Shown here: piece after piece, positions 1 through 13,352 of the stretch
How the letters are laid out: the number at the start of each line of letters is the position of its first letter
How positions within the stretch are numbered: the first letter of the stretch is position 1
Assembly: GCA_003971905.1 (NCBI GenBank)
Contig: RSEE01000009.1
Span: 744,001 to 808,000 of the forward strand
Length of the DNA: 64,000 bases
Direction: 5' to 3'
DNA from: Moniliella sp. 'wahieum'
Taxonomy: Eukaryota
Notes under the pieces: model-generated
What the model saw: the letters and a program-made list of their open reading frames with translations, nothing else
The model's database searches: none
What the model was told of the DNA's origin: nothing
Made by a program: the position numbers and the translations under genes

Positions 1-789
1 TGACGGGACAACATCGAATACTGACAATGGCAAAGTGCAAAACACTCTCAACGTTCAAAACACTCTCCCGAAGAGGGTTTTGGTGTGTCCCTTTATCAAG
101 TAACGCGTATAATGCGCGTAAATTGTAACACCGTCGTCTTCGGGATATATACTACCTGCTACCGCTTATCCCCTCATTAATCATCACACATGTCGCATGC
201 ATTATTGCCAAAACTCTCCTCAGACTGTTTGCTGTGGATGACGCCGATATGATAATAGTAGCCTGTGGGCAGTAGTGACATCATTGAAGCAACAGTCGCA
301 TTTTAGTGATATCAAAATGACCGACAACAGCGGCTCAGGCAGGCGACCATACGCAATGACTCTAGTGACTGCAGGATCTCATCGCCAAGCCCGGGGCCGA
401 CGCGGTATTTGTTATAGATACCTCAGGACGTGCGTGATAGCTCTTCTCGGTGACGGTCATTAGATTGATCCGAAAGTCCAGAGCCGCGTAACGGGGGGAT
501 GTACATGTAATCCGCGGGAATTCGAAAGGGATAGAAAGATGAGTTTTTCAGAGTATCTTTCTATTTTTCTTCCTCGCGGCGTTACAACGGTGCAATGGTT
601 CTTTCGTCTTCCCCGGTCATGCATCATGCATCATGGGATTATAGGGTCACCCACCACACAATGACGACTGTGTTGTTCCTATTTAATTTCCTTTGTGGAG
701 AGCGATACCATACTATTCCTCTCCGGTCTCTCACTTGTATATATATCCTTCTCGTCTTGTCCGCGCCAAGCCAATTATTAAACCAGTGG

Positions 790-1545
790 AGTCGCCAGCA
801 GGTCAGGACCCTCTATTGGTGCCTGCCATTCCCTTCCCCACCGGATGTACTAGCACGTGAGAATGAGAGAGGTATAATATAGATAGGCATATTGTGAGCG
901 ACGGTGAACGTTGAACCATCTCCAAGGCTCATCATGCATCACCCGACGACGGTTTTTCAGCCCCCATACAGGTTATTGGCTGTCTTCGTGGCATAGTATC
1001 CGTGCGTCGTCATGACCAAGGGGAATAAAGCTTGAAGACTCTTCAGCGTGCCCCTGGTGCTTGACATTCTTGTCGCATTTCACTTGTTCCAACAGTCATC
1101 GAAGTAACTCCAACTCGTTATTGTACCGGCATTTCAAAAGACGTTACGGTTCCCTCGTGTACCACCTTCCGGTACGCAATCGTCGCCTCGAGTCCTTTGT
1201 GCCCGGATCATGCAAAATTAAGATATGGTTCACTCCTATTCCTGATCCTCCAAAGGCTCTAGGTCCCAACATCACTCGATCGCTATAATATTCTGTGATG
1301 TACGCCTCAGCGCCTGTCGCCCATGCCTCTCGTCTCTCGTCTTCCTCTGGACCGTAGACTCGTTATATTGTACATATATCAGTGTCCGTGTTGATGAGCA
1401 GTGTGTAACGATGGGGGGCGGTGAAAAGGTGAATCATGAGATGGAATAAAACTGTAGACAACGGAACGGTGGGACAGTGGACAATGGGACGATGGAGCAG
1501 TGGCCCAGCGCCCAATATAAGCCGGACCGTGGGCCCTGTAGTCTG
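790..1545 (-). mobile_element. Decayed, internally deleted copy of the CRE-like non-LTR retrotransposon (5' motif joined to endonuclease/3' region)
   Basis: 978-1350 aligns colinearly with the copy at 1933-2260 (e.g. gctgtcttcgtggcatagtatcc vs gctgtcttggtgccgtagtatcc; cttgacattcttgtcgcatt vs cttagcgttcttgtcgcatt). tcaggaccctct at ~803 matches ~1789. The reverse complement of 1520-1545 (gactacagggcccacggtccgg) resembles the element 5' motif (gaccaccgggcctacggcccgg). Ends approximate. Confidence 0.65.
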
Positions 1546-1654
1546 CTATTAGTTTACTATCTCAGAAAGGCTGTAGTACTGAGAGGTGGAAAGGTTCCCA
1601 ATATCTCGCTGGAGCTGGACCGAACAAGCCAAAAAGAAAATGACTTTTTTGCTA

Positions 1655-2545
1655 CTCTGCATCCACATATCATTGACAGAGCTTAAAGCTGGGACAGGGG
1701 AAACGCCACGCCTAAACCGACCCGTTCATCTTGCGTGTTTGCTTGGTAGCGCCACCCCTGTTAGGGAACCAGGGGGATCGCCAGGATATCAGGACCCTCT
1801 GGTTCTCGCCATCCGGTCCCGTACCCTAGGAAGCGCGTGTGGACACGAATGAACGTGGTTGACATCCGAGCGAGGAACCATTTCCATTGAGACTGAGTAG
1901 CCAAATCCTCCCAATGCGCAAACATCTTGCCCGCTGTCTTGGTGCCGTAGTATCCTCTCGCGTCGTCAAAACCAGGGGGAAAAACGGCTCTTGAGTGCGT
2001 TCCTGGTACTTAGCGTTCTTGTCGCATTCTGATTTTGCTCCATCAGCAGCCGAAGGAGTTCCTTCTCCCGGCGTTCCAAAGGCGTCACAGTACTCTTATG
2101 TACCACTCTCCGGTACGCGCGCTCTGCGCCTCCTGCGATCCGGTGCCGCGCAGCGTGTAGTCCACCACCATTCCGGATCCTCCAATTGCTCCGGGCCCCA
2201 TCACCCGGTATAGTCGGTGCGCAGTGCCCTCCGCCCGCCTCGACCCATCCTCTTCCTCCACAGTAGGTTCGTTGCGGACGTGGGTGTCGGGGATGGAGCG
2301 CACGAGCTGGAGAATGGGCACCTGCACTGCCTCATGCAACGCACCAAACTTGGCTTGGGAGCGGATGCAAGCCATGATGTGCTCCAGCGAGAGGACATAA
2401 CGCCGCACTTGCACATGCTGCGCGTGGAGCGGCACAGCGTGCGGAGCTGGAGACCAACCTGAACCTGCTGGTCAGAGAGCTTTGAGGCACGGGGCGGAAG
2501 GAATGGCGGAGAAGAGCCAATTGTGGCTCAGCTGGTTGCGGTGCT
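1655..2545 (-). mobile_element. 5'-truncated copy of CRE-like non-LTR retrotransposon (zinc knuckle, RLE endonuclease, 3' UTR)
   Basis: The reverse complement closely matches ~14965-15835. Translations include CKCGVMSS/LEHIMAC..HEAV and RTDY..MGPGAIGGSGMVVDYTLR. The 3' UTR ends in aagctctgtcaatgatatgtggatgcagag. Confidence 0.88.
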
Positions 2546-5094
2546 TATATAGTACAAGGAAATCATGGGGGACACAAAGTCCACTGATTATATCATGTGC
2601 GCCATCACTGATGGTTCACGAAAGAATGCGTTAGTCATATAGGGTCAGGATGTGGAAGAGATGTGCCCAAGGCAACAATAACATCTCTTTATACCACCGC
2701 ACTGAACGGCTATATAATCCATTTGGAAACCAATGGCAGAAGCCACACACATCGGCTGGACTTGTGCGCGGTATGTCCACATAATTTTTGCCGAAGTATT
2801 TTCGGAAAATGCTGTGCTAGCGATAGACGGACACCCTCAAATTGTTTATAGCTGTGTATACTTCTTTTCCCGAAGGAGCGAGAGGAAGCGGCTGCCGTAA
2901 AAAATCATGAATCATGTAAAAATACATACGACCACACACCAGGCTATATGTCGGAGACGCTGGTCCGTTAAAATAATTTGACCATACGGAAACAAGCTTG
3001 AAGAAGGTACTAAGGGGTTGTAAGGGGTTGTGTTTGAAATTTGACCGCAGCAACGATAATATGGAGCCGCTCATTGTTCCAAGTTATCTTGTTGCTGATC
3101 ATTGCTCTCAGGGTCATACTGTGATCATTAGATCAGACTATGACCATCACTACCTGTCTTCTCTGTGCCATCATATGTCTGTGCATCTCTCTATTGTTCA
3201 TATTAGGCGGCGACAGCGCGGTCGCAACCTTTCATTGTACCACACAACGGAGCACAGCAGTGGTCAGAGAACTTCAAGTGTGGATACTGGGACGTGTCTC
3301 GTCTGTCATTACCGTCTCTTCAGTCCATACTCCATCCTCTCAGCAGGGGATGTCTTGTGTCGAGCCGATTCCCCAAAAGCGCCATCCCGCGTGACGGCGT
3401 CATCCCTCTTATCCGCCCGGACTCTCCCTCAGCTCCACACGGTACCTTCCGCTATATAAGGCCCTACCCTTCTCTTAGCCTCCTGTACCCCTCCTCAGAG
3501 CCACATCCTCCATTCCATTGCATCTTGCAGTAGTAGTGTGCGTGAAGTTACGAAGAAGAACATGAGAGTGTGCGAATGTATTAATAGTTGGAACTCCTCA
3601 GATCACCACTGCAACCGCACTCCCCCTTTCGCTCTCCTTTCTCATGGCACGGTCGAATTACATGAGGTAGACAAAAGGGAAGTTATCTACACTCTCTGTG
3701 TCAATGTCTGTGGCCGATAGGATATTGCGGTCTGTGTGGTCAATGACGAGCAAGATGCAGAATGATCGAGAATGTGTGTGTTAGGGGGGGGGGGATTGGC
3801 AGAGGTGTCTAATGCAGGAGTAGGGACTACGATACCATATTGGAATTGGTTGTACCGTTGGGGAGAACCCCATTGCTTGGCCACACGAAAGACGGTGTGG
3901 ATTATCTGTTCCAGGGGTTTATATGCGGTGTATTTAGAGGCCGTGTTGGACCTGATATGGTCTGATCCGAGGTAAGGCTTTCCAGCTCTACTCACATGCC
4001 CAGTAGAGTGCACTCCCAAGTCCAACCAAGTTTGACCTTTTGGGCAAACCTTGTACGGTGACCAGAGAGGCCACACGCATCCGTGCCACAATTGTTTTTT
4101 TCCTCGCCCAATTTGAAGCTGCTGTGTGGCCATAATGATGAGAACATCAAGGCTTTTCTCGTATCCCCGTGACAATTGTTGCCGCGTCCCCACGCTTACC
4201 TCTATCTTCTTCTTCTACGTTGCGCCTGTGGAAACCAACCCCCTCTGTTTTTATGTCTTCCTTCTACCCCTCATTGCATTCGTTTTCCCTTTTACATCTA
4301 GCCTGTATACACCCCTCTGTGGTTGGTGGGGATCTTTCCCCACCTTCCATTTTCGTCTCCTTCCGCCTTTCCTATTCACCGCCTACCCGTTTCCAGCCAA
4401 TTGATCCAGCACAGGCAACCTCGTCTCCACTTAGTTTACTCATCACCTTCCATCCTCGTTTTCAATTCCCGTCTCCCCCCCTCCTCTCACAGTTTTCTAT
4501 CTAAAGTCGCGTAAGCCCCTCCTTTCTGGTCACGTCGAGTTTTCCGTCCTGTGGTCTTGTCATGAATTCGTTTCCTAGGGGGGAATGCCGTCCTGTACAG
4601 TCCCGGCTCTAGCATTGTTTACCTCCCCGCTGCCTCTCCCCGTCTCTGAGTTCCGGCGGTTTCGCTTCGGTCACGTTACTATTACTGCACAAGCCGGTGC
4701 ATACCCAGTCTTTTGCCACACCTGTGACTCTGCTATACGCTGGAAGCTACTTCTGTTGTCCCTATTAGCTCCGCTCGGATCCACCAACCAGCTCAAGCAT
4801 GAGACAAGCGTGAGTCCTCGTTCCATTCTCCAAGGTCTGGGTGAGCCCCCTTGCGGGCCTGTCCGTGACAGCCTGTGCAACTGAAGAGGAAACTGTGGTT
4901 GTGGCATCAACTATATATATAGCCCACAATATAAGCGCGACGGTTCCCTTATTTCGGTGCATTCCGGATTATTCTTTCCTGGTGGGGAGGAATCTTCTCT
5001 AGCCACTGCAGCTCATATTCGTGCAATGTATAACACCCCACGAAAATTATTTGCTCGAGTCTGATGGCTTTCTACAGCCTTGTGAGTTATAGGA

Positions 5095-5548
5095 GCGTAC
5101 CGGAGGGTGGTGCACGAGAGCACCGTGATGCCTTTGGAACGCCGGGAGAAGGAGCTGCTTCGGCTGCTGGAGCAGAATCAGAATGCGACAAGAACGCCAA
5201 GTACCAGGAACGCACTCAAGAGCCGTTTTCCCCCGGTTTTGACGACGCGAGATACTACGGCACCAAGACAGCTGGCAAGATGCTTGCGCACTGGAAGGAT
5301 TTGGCTACTCAGTCTCAATGGAAATGGTTCCTGGCTGGGATGTCTACCACGTTCATTCGTGTCCACACGCGTTTCCTAGGGTACGGGACCGGATGGCGAG
5401 AACCAGAGGGTCCTGATATGCGGGCGATCCCCCTGGTTCCCTAAGGGGTGGCGCTACCAAGCAACACACGCAAGATGAACGGGCCGGTTTAGGCGTGGCG
5501 TTTCCCTGTCCCAAGCCTTAGCTCTGTCAATGGTATGGATGCAGAGTG
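5095..5548 (+). mobile_element. Short 5'-truncated copy of CRE-like retrotransposon (ORF C-terminus + 3' UTR)
   Basis: Matches 15388-15835. Encodes ECDKNAKYQERTQEPF..YYGTKTAGKMLAHWKDLATQSQWKWFLAGMSTTFIRVHTRFLGYGTGWREPE and shares the 3' end ctctgtcaatggtatggatgcagag. Confidence 0.88.
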
Positions 5549-5559
5549 GTTACCCGGTT

Positions 5560-5945
5560 ACGCCCAGTCAGAACCCGACGAACCAATGAATGTTTCCGTA
5601 CCGCTGATCGCTGATCGCTGATAAGAGAGGTAGGGTTACGCCAGTTACCGGTGATCTCACCGGTTATCGGTTCTGCGGATGCGTGCCGATGCATGACTGT
5701 GGTGCATGATGCATGATGACGCCGATGGGGGGCTGAGGCTCAGCTGCGCAGGCCCACTGATCGTGATCGATGATCATCGATTGATTGATTACGGATTGAG
5801 GATGTGCGCAGAGGGCGCTGCGCTGCACGGCACTGCACTGCACGGCACCTGTGCACGCCTGGTCGGCGCTACGCTGAGCTCAGCGCCGGCGATGGCATCG
5901 AGGCCGCTCAGCCCCTCAGCCGCTCAGCCCATCATGCATCATGCG
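5560..5945. repeat. Cluster of 7-bp-period quasi-palindromic microrepeats upstream of BSD2
   Basis: gctgatcgctgatcgctgata (~5603), tgcatgatgcatgatg (~5703), gatcgatgatcatcgat (~5765), gctgagctcagc (~5873), catcatgcatcatg (~5930). Confidence 0.8.
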
Positions 5946-6055
5946 TGTGCGTGTCACGCTCAACCTCATTGTTCTCGTCCACATCCGCCTCCTCTACTGC
6001 CTAGCAGCCCCTCTCGCCACCTTCTCGCCCTCTCCCTTTCCCTTGCACCTCGTCC

Positions 6056-7377
6056 ATGCCCCCGTCTGCGTCGGATCCCTTCCGGACAGAGGCAGTGGAT
6101 CATCCCCTGCTCTCCCCGCGCCCAAGCACGTCTGCGGCTGCAGACAGTGTGTATTTTGATGCCGGCGCCTCGCTCGATGCCTCCCTCGACCCTGTTGGCC
6201 AGTCGCACGACCTGCCCTCCGACCCAGGTCAGGTGTCCCCCACGACCTACTCCCATAGTAGACTTGATCGGGTCCGTCTCGCCCTCGGCCGCTTCGGTCG
6301 CGTCGTGGGCATGCGCATGCCAAGGGCCGTGTACACGAGTGTGGCTCAGGAGGAGCGGCGGCCGATGCGCAGGGTGGTCGGCTCGGGGCTGGGACAAGAC
6401 GGTGTTTTCTCCAATATGAACGCCAAGCCCGAGCGCCGCAGGCACCGCCCCAATGCAGGCATGGAGGGTGACCGAGGAGAAGATGATGATCTGGTATGTC
6501 TTCACCCTTATCTGTCCAGGGTGAAACTGACATTTGGCTTGACTGCACAGGCAGATGACGAGGCGCCTCCATCATACGCTGCTGCTGCTGCGGATGCAGT
6601 CCCACCCTACTGGGAGACGACCTTGTCCACCGTTCTTCCTCATCCGCTTGCTCCTGGCGGCAGTGGCTGGACCCCCGACTCGGCCACGGTCGGGGCAGTA
6701 GAGGATTTGATTGTTGAGGGCTTGCCAGTAGGCAACTTATTTGGCTTGATGTGGAACCTGCTGGTTTCGGTCAGTTTCCAGTTTGTTGGCTTCCTTTTAA
6801 CCTTCCTACTTCACACACCACCCATGCGGCCAAGACGGGGTCGCGGGCCGGCCTGGGGATCACCTTGGTCCAGTACGGCGCTTCGCTTCGAGCCTCGTCG
6901 GAACGGCTACGTACCGATTCGGGCAGCGGGTCAAGCCAATCCTCGGGTCACAGTGGGGACGCTGGACATGGCACACAGGACGCACCTGACGTGGGGACGG
7001 CCGAATGGCTTTCGTGGACCTTGATTGGCCTTGGCTCCTTCATTTTCCTTGCCAGTCTCGTGTCGTACCTCAAACTGTGGCGGATGGGTTCCAAGCTGGT
7101 TCTGGCGGCACGGCGACAACAAGCTGATACGGAGGCGGCAGCTGCACCCTCGGATGCTTCTCCCTCTGCTTCGTCTCCCGAGCGGAGGAGCGTGATGGAT
7201 GTGTTCCGCGCTGTCATGAGGCACAATCGCGAGCGCGCTGGGTCAGTCCGGCAGGATGGCGAGCGATGGGCTGTGCCGGCCCCTGTGTTCCAACTAGATG
7301 AGCTCGAGGAGGCGGGGGGGTGGAAGAGGTGCCTCTTCGCCCAGCATCATCCTAGTGCCTTTGGCACCTTCACTTGA
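6056..7377 (+). CDS. BSD2: Bsd2/NDFIP-family Rsp5 (HECT E3) adaptor membrane protein
   Basis: Motifs DGVFSNMNAKP, PY motifs PPSY and PPYWETT, VEGLPVGNLFGLMWNLLVSVSFQFVGFLLTFLLH and (second frame) THAAKTGSRAGLGITLVQYG. 57-nt GT-AG intron at 6494-6550. Frameshift near 6820. Confidence 0.88.
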
Positions 7378-8128
7378 ATGCCCTGTTTTTTAACCTTCTC
7401 TCAGCCCTGCCTGTGGACATTTGCATCATGCATACACTGTACCCTACCTCTTCTTATTATTAGCCACCACTGTGTAACCAGTGTTGCAGCAGTCCGTGGA
7501 ACCACGGGCATGATGGATAAGGAAAACGTTGCGAGCTGTGTCATGCAGGAGACACTAAGGGATACAACAAGGGCAGTGGGTGTAGATATAAACAGAATAC
7601 GCATGCATGATAGGAGGCAGAGAGCTCCATTCGTTCTTCCATGTCACGGGAGGAGGGCGCCCAGATGTGCAGACCTGGAAGCCAGAACAAAGAGGATGGT
7701 CAGAACCGCCGGCAGAGGCATCGAGCGGGCAGGGGTCAGACAAAGCGCAAGGTTGATGCCAGGGGGCGCACGAAGGCACCCGGGCTCTAATACATGTCTG
7801 AAAATACAAGCATCATATGGGCTGAGGCGGAAGGGGGGCGGTGCATACCCAGCAGAGATGGTGGAGGTGGCAGCCAAACCACGAAGGCAGGCCGAGGGGG
7901 ACGCGACAGCTACCCCGGAACCCTACCGCCGTGCGCCGGGCTGCTCTGAGGCGGAAGCCGGAGCGGAAGCGGAAGCGGAAGCGCCCGAACTGAAATTGCA
8001 GCTGACATCAGCCGGCCGCCGCTGGGCAGGCCGCCCAGAAGCGACGCGTCCCAACTCGACCCGCGCCGCCGTCGTCGTCCGTCCTTCTCTCGGCGCGCCA
8101 CACACTCGTCCCTCGCCTTGGCCCCACC

Positions 8129-11100
8129 ATGCCACGGAGAACACGCGCTGCTGCCGCCTCGCCCGAGGGCGACACGCAGCCCCACCTCCCCTCCGATGGC
8201 CACGAATCCACCCCAGACACGTTCCCCGGCGAGAGCAGCCCTGCCACCGCTCCACCGCTCCACCCTCACTCCCGTCCACGCCGCATCCGCATCACAGCCC
8301 ACTCTTCCGGAAGCCAACAGGCTCAGGCTCAAGCCTCCCTCGAGCCAGGCTCCCCGCACGCTTTCACTGACCCCGATCCTCCCGGCCTCGCTGATGACGA
8401 GCCTGTCCACACCCGCACGCTTCCTCGCGCGCTGCTTCGCGCATCGCCTCCACAAACTATCCAATCCGCACGAGTCCGACCCTGACGCCGATGCCGACCC
8501 TGACGCCGATGCCGATGCCGATGCCGATGCCGATGCCGATGCCGGCCGATGCCGATGCCGATGCCGATGCCGATGCCGATGCCGATGCCGATACTGATCG
8601 TGACAGAGAGATGGCGAAGGTGATCATGGGGACGATTATGTGAATGAGGACGAAGCGCAGGCCGGTGTGCGCACCACTAGAAACGGGCGAATCACTCGCC
8701 GGTCGCAAGCATTTCACGCCAACAACGCTGATAACCAAGCGGACGAGACGGACGACAATGATGATGGCCCTTCTCACCCTTCGTCGGTCCAAGCGAGACT
8801 CGACTAACATGCACAATATGGACGCAAACGATATGGACGATGAAGATATGGGACCGATCCTAAGGGCCCGCACGCGCCGTCGCAGCTCACAGCGCACCTC
8901 TGATGACCAAGAGCAGCCTCGGCGGACGAGTACGGCGCGCGAGGGTCCAAGAGCTGGCGCGCACACGCAAGGCGGCGCTCAAAAACAAGAGCGCGCAATA
9001 TCAAGGGCCTCGGTACAGTCGTGCTACCAGCGCCGAGGAACCTGAGGATGACGAGGATGGGCCCGTGGTTGGCGGGCACCGACTCCGCAGTCGAAATAAG
9101 CCCAGAGGGAAGCCCAAGAAGAGCAAGGTTCGCCTGTCGGACGAGGAAGACTTTGTTAGTAGCGACGCGGCCAGCGCCACCTCCACCGAGTCAGAAGCGC
9201 TTGATATGACTGCTTCAGAGGAGGAGGTACCCGAGAGCCAAGGTATGCGCCTTCGGGCCCGCAAGGAGGTCAACTATACGGCCCCCCAAGTGGTTGCACC
9301 CAATGCCGGTTCCCCGCGTCGTCCTCGCCCCTACACGGGACTTAATGGCCCAGATGGGCTAATCCGGGCGCGCAACGCGGCGGTGGCGACCTTCCTTTTG
9401 GTGGAGCAGCGACCTGGGACCAATTGCCCAAGTCCATGACGGGAAAGGACCTAGCCCGTGCGTTTGGTGAGCGCACAGAGTCTTCGGATAGCGACGACTA
9501 TGCCAAAAAGACCCGAGCTGGGGGGAAGGGGAAGCTTCCTGGGGTTGGGCTGCGGGTGCCTGGAGCCATCCCAGGCGGCTTGTTGGGCAATGGAGATGCC
9601 GGGGGGACGGGGGTGCAAGGCGATCTGTCAGGGAATGGTGCAGCAGACACAATGGGTCGATTGAAGACGGGTGGTGACCCCATGGCGGATATTGATCCCC
9701 TGGGAACCAACATGCAAGTCGACTTTGATGCGGTCGGAGGCCTGGATGACACATTGCAACAACTCAAGGAAATGGTCACTCTGCCTCTCCTTTACCCTGA
9801 GCTGTACCAGCGCTTCCACATCACCCCGCCCGAGGCGTCCTCTTCCACGGCCCCCCGGTACAGGTAAAACACTTGTGGCCCGTGCACTGGCCGCGAGCGT
9901 ATCGGGGACCCAGCCAACTGTTCCCGACGCCAAGGAGGCATCCACTTCACAAGCTACCGAGGGCGCTTCTACTTCGACCGACCGGCCGGCACCTCAAGCT
10001 GTACAAGAAGGCCAAGGCCAGAAAGTTGCATTCTTTATGCGCAAGGGCGCCGACGTTTTGTCCAAATGGGTTGGCGAAGCGGAGCGGCAGCTCCGCCTTC
10101 TCTTCGAAAGCCAAACGGTCCCAGCCTTCGATCATCTTTTTGACGAGATTGATGGTCTTGCTCCTGTACGGAGCAGCAAGCAGGACCAGATACATGCTTC
10201 CATTGTGTCCACTCTTCTCGCCCTTATGGACGGTATGGACGGTCGTGGTCAAGTGGTTGTCATTGGTGCTACCAACCGACCCGACTCGGTCGATCCTGCT
10301 CTTCGTCGCCCTGGGCGATTCGATCGCGAGTTCTATTTCCCCCTGCCCTCTCTGCCGGCCCGCGAGTCCATCTTGCGTATCCATACGCGCAAATGGGACC
10401 CTCCCCCTGACCCAGCGATGCTCCATCGGCTTGCTGAACTCACCAAAGGCTACGGCGGTGCTGACCTGCGAGCCCTCTGCACTGAGGCGGCACTTAACGC
10501 CGTCCAGCGCACTTATCCCCAAATCTACCAGACCACGAACCGCCTGCTGCTTCATCCTGAGAACGTCAAGGCAACGCCTAAAGACTTTATGCTGGCCATT
10601 AACAAGATTGTTCCTTCCTCAGCGCGCTCTGCTTCTTCCCAAGCCACGCCCTCTCAGACCACCTCAAACCTCTTCTTGCCGATGCAGAGACGGAAGCACA
10701 GAATATGTTGGAAACGCTCTTGCCGCCCGCCAAGCAGCGTACTGCATTGGAGGAGGCTATGTGGGAAGACCCGTCGCCCCACCTTGGGGGGGACACGTTC
10801 AGTCACGAAATTCTCCTGCAACAGTTTTCTTCCCTCCGTGTCTATCGCCCCAGGATGCTGATTCATGGTTCTGGCGGAAATGGACAGAAGGAGATTGCAC
10901 GGGCATTGCTGTACAAGTTGGAAGGATACCACGTCTCCAGCTTAGACCTCCCGGCCTTGTTAGGCGATTCCAGCCGCCCCCGACACAGCTTTGGTCCAGC
11001 TCTTTGTTGAAGCACGGCGGCATAAACCAGCGGTGCTCTTTGTGCCTTCGCTCCAGTCTTGGACGATTGAGACCATTCCCCGATCTACGATCACTCTTAT

Positions 11101-12905
11101 GCGTTCGCTGCTTGATGGTTTGGCTACTGATGAACCGGTGTTGCTCCTTGGCGTGGCCGACTGTCCTCGGGAGGAGCTCGATCCTGAGGTGGCAGGGTGG
11201 TTTGCTGAGCGGGGAATGAGGCTTGAACCGCCCTCGCAGGCGAAGCGTCATGCTTTCTTCTCGCCTCTCCTCTCCTACCTTGCTCAGCCCCCGCCTTTCT
11301 TCCCTGGTGGTGTGCCCAAGGTCCGCCGCATTCTACCCGACCTTCCATTGGCTCCCGCTCTGCCGCCGCGTCAACCGACCAAGGCAGAGTTGCAGGAGCA
11401 AATTGCTTCGGACGAACGATTGCTGGAGCAACTCAAATTCAAACTAGGACCTGTCCTTGCAGAATTGCGCAAGAAGTTCAAAGTGTTCACCAAGAACGTC
11501 TGGGTACGCATCCCCCGCTTATTAGGTGCCCTGAATGCGAAGCTGACGTTGATGTGCAGGAGGAGTACAATCTCACCTATCTGACTTCTAACTTCCCCTG
11601 GAAACGCGAGAAGGGGCAGTACATTCTGGACCTTCCCTACGACAAGTCCCCCGAGGAGATTGAAAAGAACCGTCGTGCCCGGGCTGCCGCCAAGCGGGCA
11701 GAGACGATGCGGAAGAAGCAGGCCAAGCAGAGCCGACGGATCTCCATCCACCAGCTGACCAACCCAACTCCAGACTCCGCCTCTGGCCTGGATGGGAACG
11801 GGGAGGAAGCGAATGGCCAAGCCCAGTCGAATGGTCATGCCATTGCCGCAGAGGGCGATGTGGCTACGGGCGAAACCGCTCCCCTTGCGGCTAATCCAAC
11901 GATTTCGGGCGATCGGGGGGAGAATGAGTCTCCACTGGACGTGTCGATGCAGGAAGCCGGCGCTGAAGATGCCGAGGCGAACAAAGATGTGGACGAGGTA
12001 ACGGCGGCAGCACAAGCAGCTGATGAGGAGGAGGCCGATACGATTACCTGGCAGCGCACTGTGCTCTACACGACAACGCTGGAACGGATGCAGAAAAAAC
12101 TGTACTATGACCAGTACATGTGTGTATCGGCCTTTGTCCAGGACCTCCAACAGATCACACACAACGCGCGAGGCGGCCGAAGTGGTGGATGGCGAGCGGG
12201 CTCTCAAGGCGCACCAGATGCTCAACATGGCCAGCATCCTCCTCGACCAATTTGTCGAGCCTGCCTTCCGAGCCGAGTGCGAACGCATGGCAGTCCGAGT
12301 GGCCCAGCGCCAGTTGGCTGAGGGGTCGAAGGAAAAGGAAAAGAATGAGGAGGAGGAAAAAAAAAGGGCAAAGGCAAAGACAAGGGCAAGGAAAATGAGA
12401 ACGACAAGGGCAAGGAAAATGAGAAGGAAGAGAAAAGGAAAAGGAGCAGGAACAAGCTACTGCCCCAGTACCAGGGAGTGTGCCCGGCGCGGACCAGGTT
12501 GAGATGGGTCCCACTGCCCCCGTCCCTATCGGCCCAGGGACTGTAAGCCCCCCAAGACTCAACGGCTTCAAACGCCTGCATGATGACGGGCCAGAGGCGA
12601 CGTTGGCGTCCAAGAGAACCCGCTTGGTGGAGCTCTTGTCCCCTGCGCCCACAGCCGAAGCCCCAGCTGTTGTCCCTGAGCATCGCCCGTCTTGTCCCCC
12701 TCTGGTCGCTGAGGTGCAAAGCAAGCTCGATGGTCTGGAAGGGTTTAGTGTCGAGGAACTCGAAGCGGTGCGAGCGGCGTGCTTTGACCGGCTCTGGGCG
12801 CAGCGATCCAGCTGGGATCGAGACCCTGTGGCGCGGTCCATGGTGCAAGCGATTGCCCAGGCAGTCAGTGCATGGCAAAGCCGATTGGAGCGCGAGGTGG
12901 AGTAG
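8129..12905 (+). CDS. YTA7: Yta7/ATAD2-type AAA+ ATPase with bromodomain (histone chaperone); several frameshifts, start approximate
   Basis: DPMADIDPLG, VGGLDDTLQQLKEMVTLPLLYPE, Walker A (G)PPGTGKT, FFMRKGADVLSKWVGEAERQLRLLF, DEIDGLAPVRSSKQDQIHASIVSTLLALMDGMDGRGQV, SRH DPALRRPGRFDREFYF. Second degenerate AAA (VYRPRMLIHG) and bromodomain-like C-terminal part. Intron 11504-11559. Confidence 0.92.
8479..8592 (+). repeat. (GCCGAT)n hexamer microsatellite encoding an Asp-Ala tract in the acidic N-terminal region of YTA7
   Basis: Tandem gccgat run visible at 8505-8592, preceded by gaccctgacgccgat variants. Confidence 0.9.
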
Positions 12906-13352
12906 GGCAAGGCGCATCGCATCCCACTGCTTTCTTCTTCTACGAGTAATAGTAATTGCATCGATCAACATATCGCGGGCTGTTAGACGCAGGTGTGGTG
13001 GATGTGTTCTCTGATTCCATCCCCACCGCCTGTGTGGGGATGTAGATGTTGTGCTATCTATCATACTACGCCATCCACCAGACATAAGCTCAGACTACAG
13101 GCGTTTTGCAAGCAGAGGACTTTTTGTTCCACGAGAGGGACCAGCACGCAGGAATATACAGAGAGAGAAGAGAATGAAGAATTTGTCGAAGTGGGTGATG
13201 TGGGCATCGCAGAGAGGCTGACTTCCTGGCGGAAGGACGTTCTTCGCGCTGGCTTCTTGCAACAGTAAGTGTCTGCACCTTCTCTTTCTGCTTCAATGTT
13301 GTGTACAACTACGCGGGGTGGACGCTTCTTGTGAGAGGTGGTACAATGATGT

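Noticed and set aside
3140..3394. Small ORF with hydrophobic Cys-rich N-terminus (possible secreted effector)
   Set aside because: No homology or splice support, and it lies in degenerate TE-rich DNA.
3687..4193. Minus-strand ORF with WSPYKV and IIHTVFRVAK, reminiscent of the gypsy integrase C-terminus (GPY/F, IHPVFHVS)
   Set aside because: Similarity is too weak, with no flanking LTR or other pol motif confirmed; needs a profile search.
4575..5040. Purine tract ctaggggggaa followed by TG, a possible PPT plus LTR
   Set aside because: No matching CA end with TSD and no second copy in the window.
5500..5548. GTCCCAAGCC and TAAGCTCTGTCAATG-like words in the retroelement 3' UTR resemble twister ribozyme segments
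   Set aside because: The order and spacing do not allow the P1/P2/T1 pairings in any known permutation, and the other copies have gtcccagc rather than gtcccaagc.
7378..8370. 330-aa ORF and many other long overlapping or antisense ORFs (e.g. 32986-33939, 31608-32597, 36159-36920, 39164-39928)
   Set aside because: No recognisable domains. They are expected shadows in GC-rich DNA or antisense to real genes.
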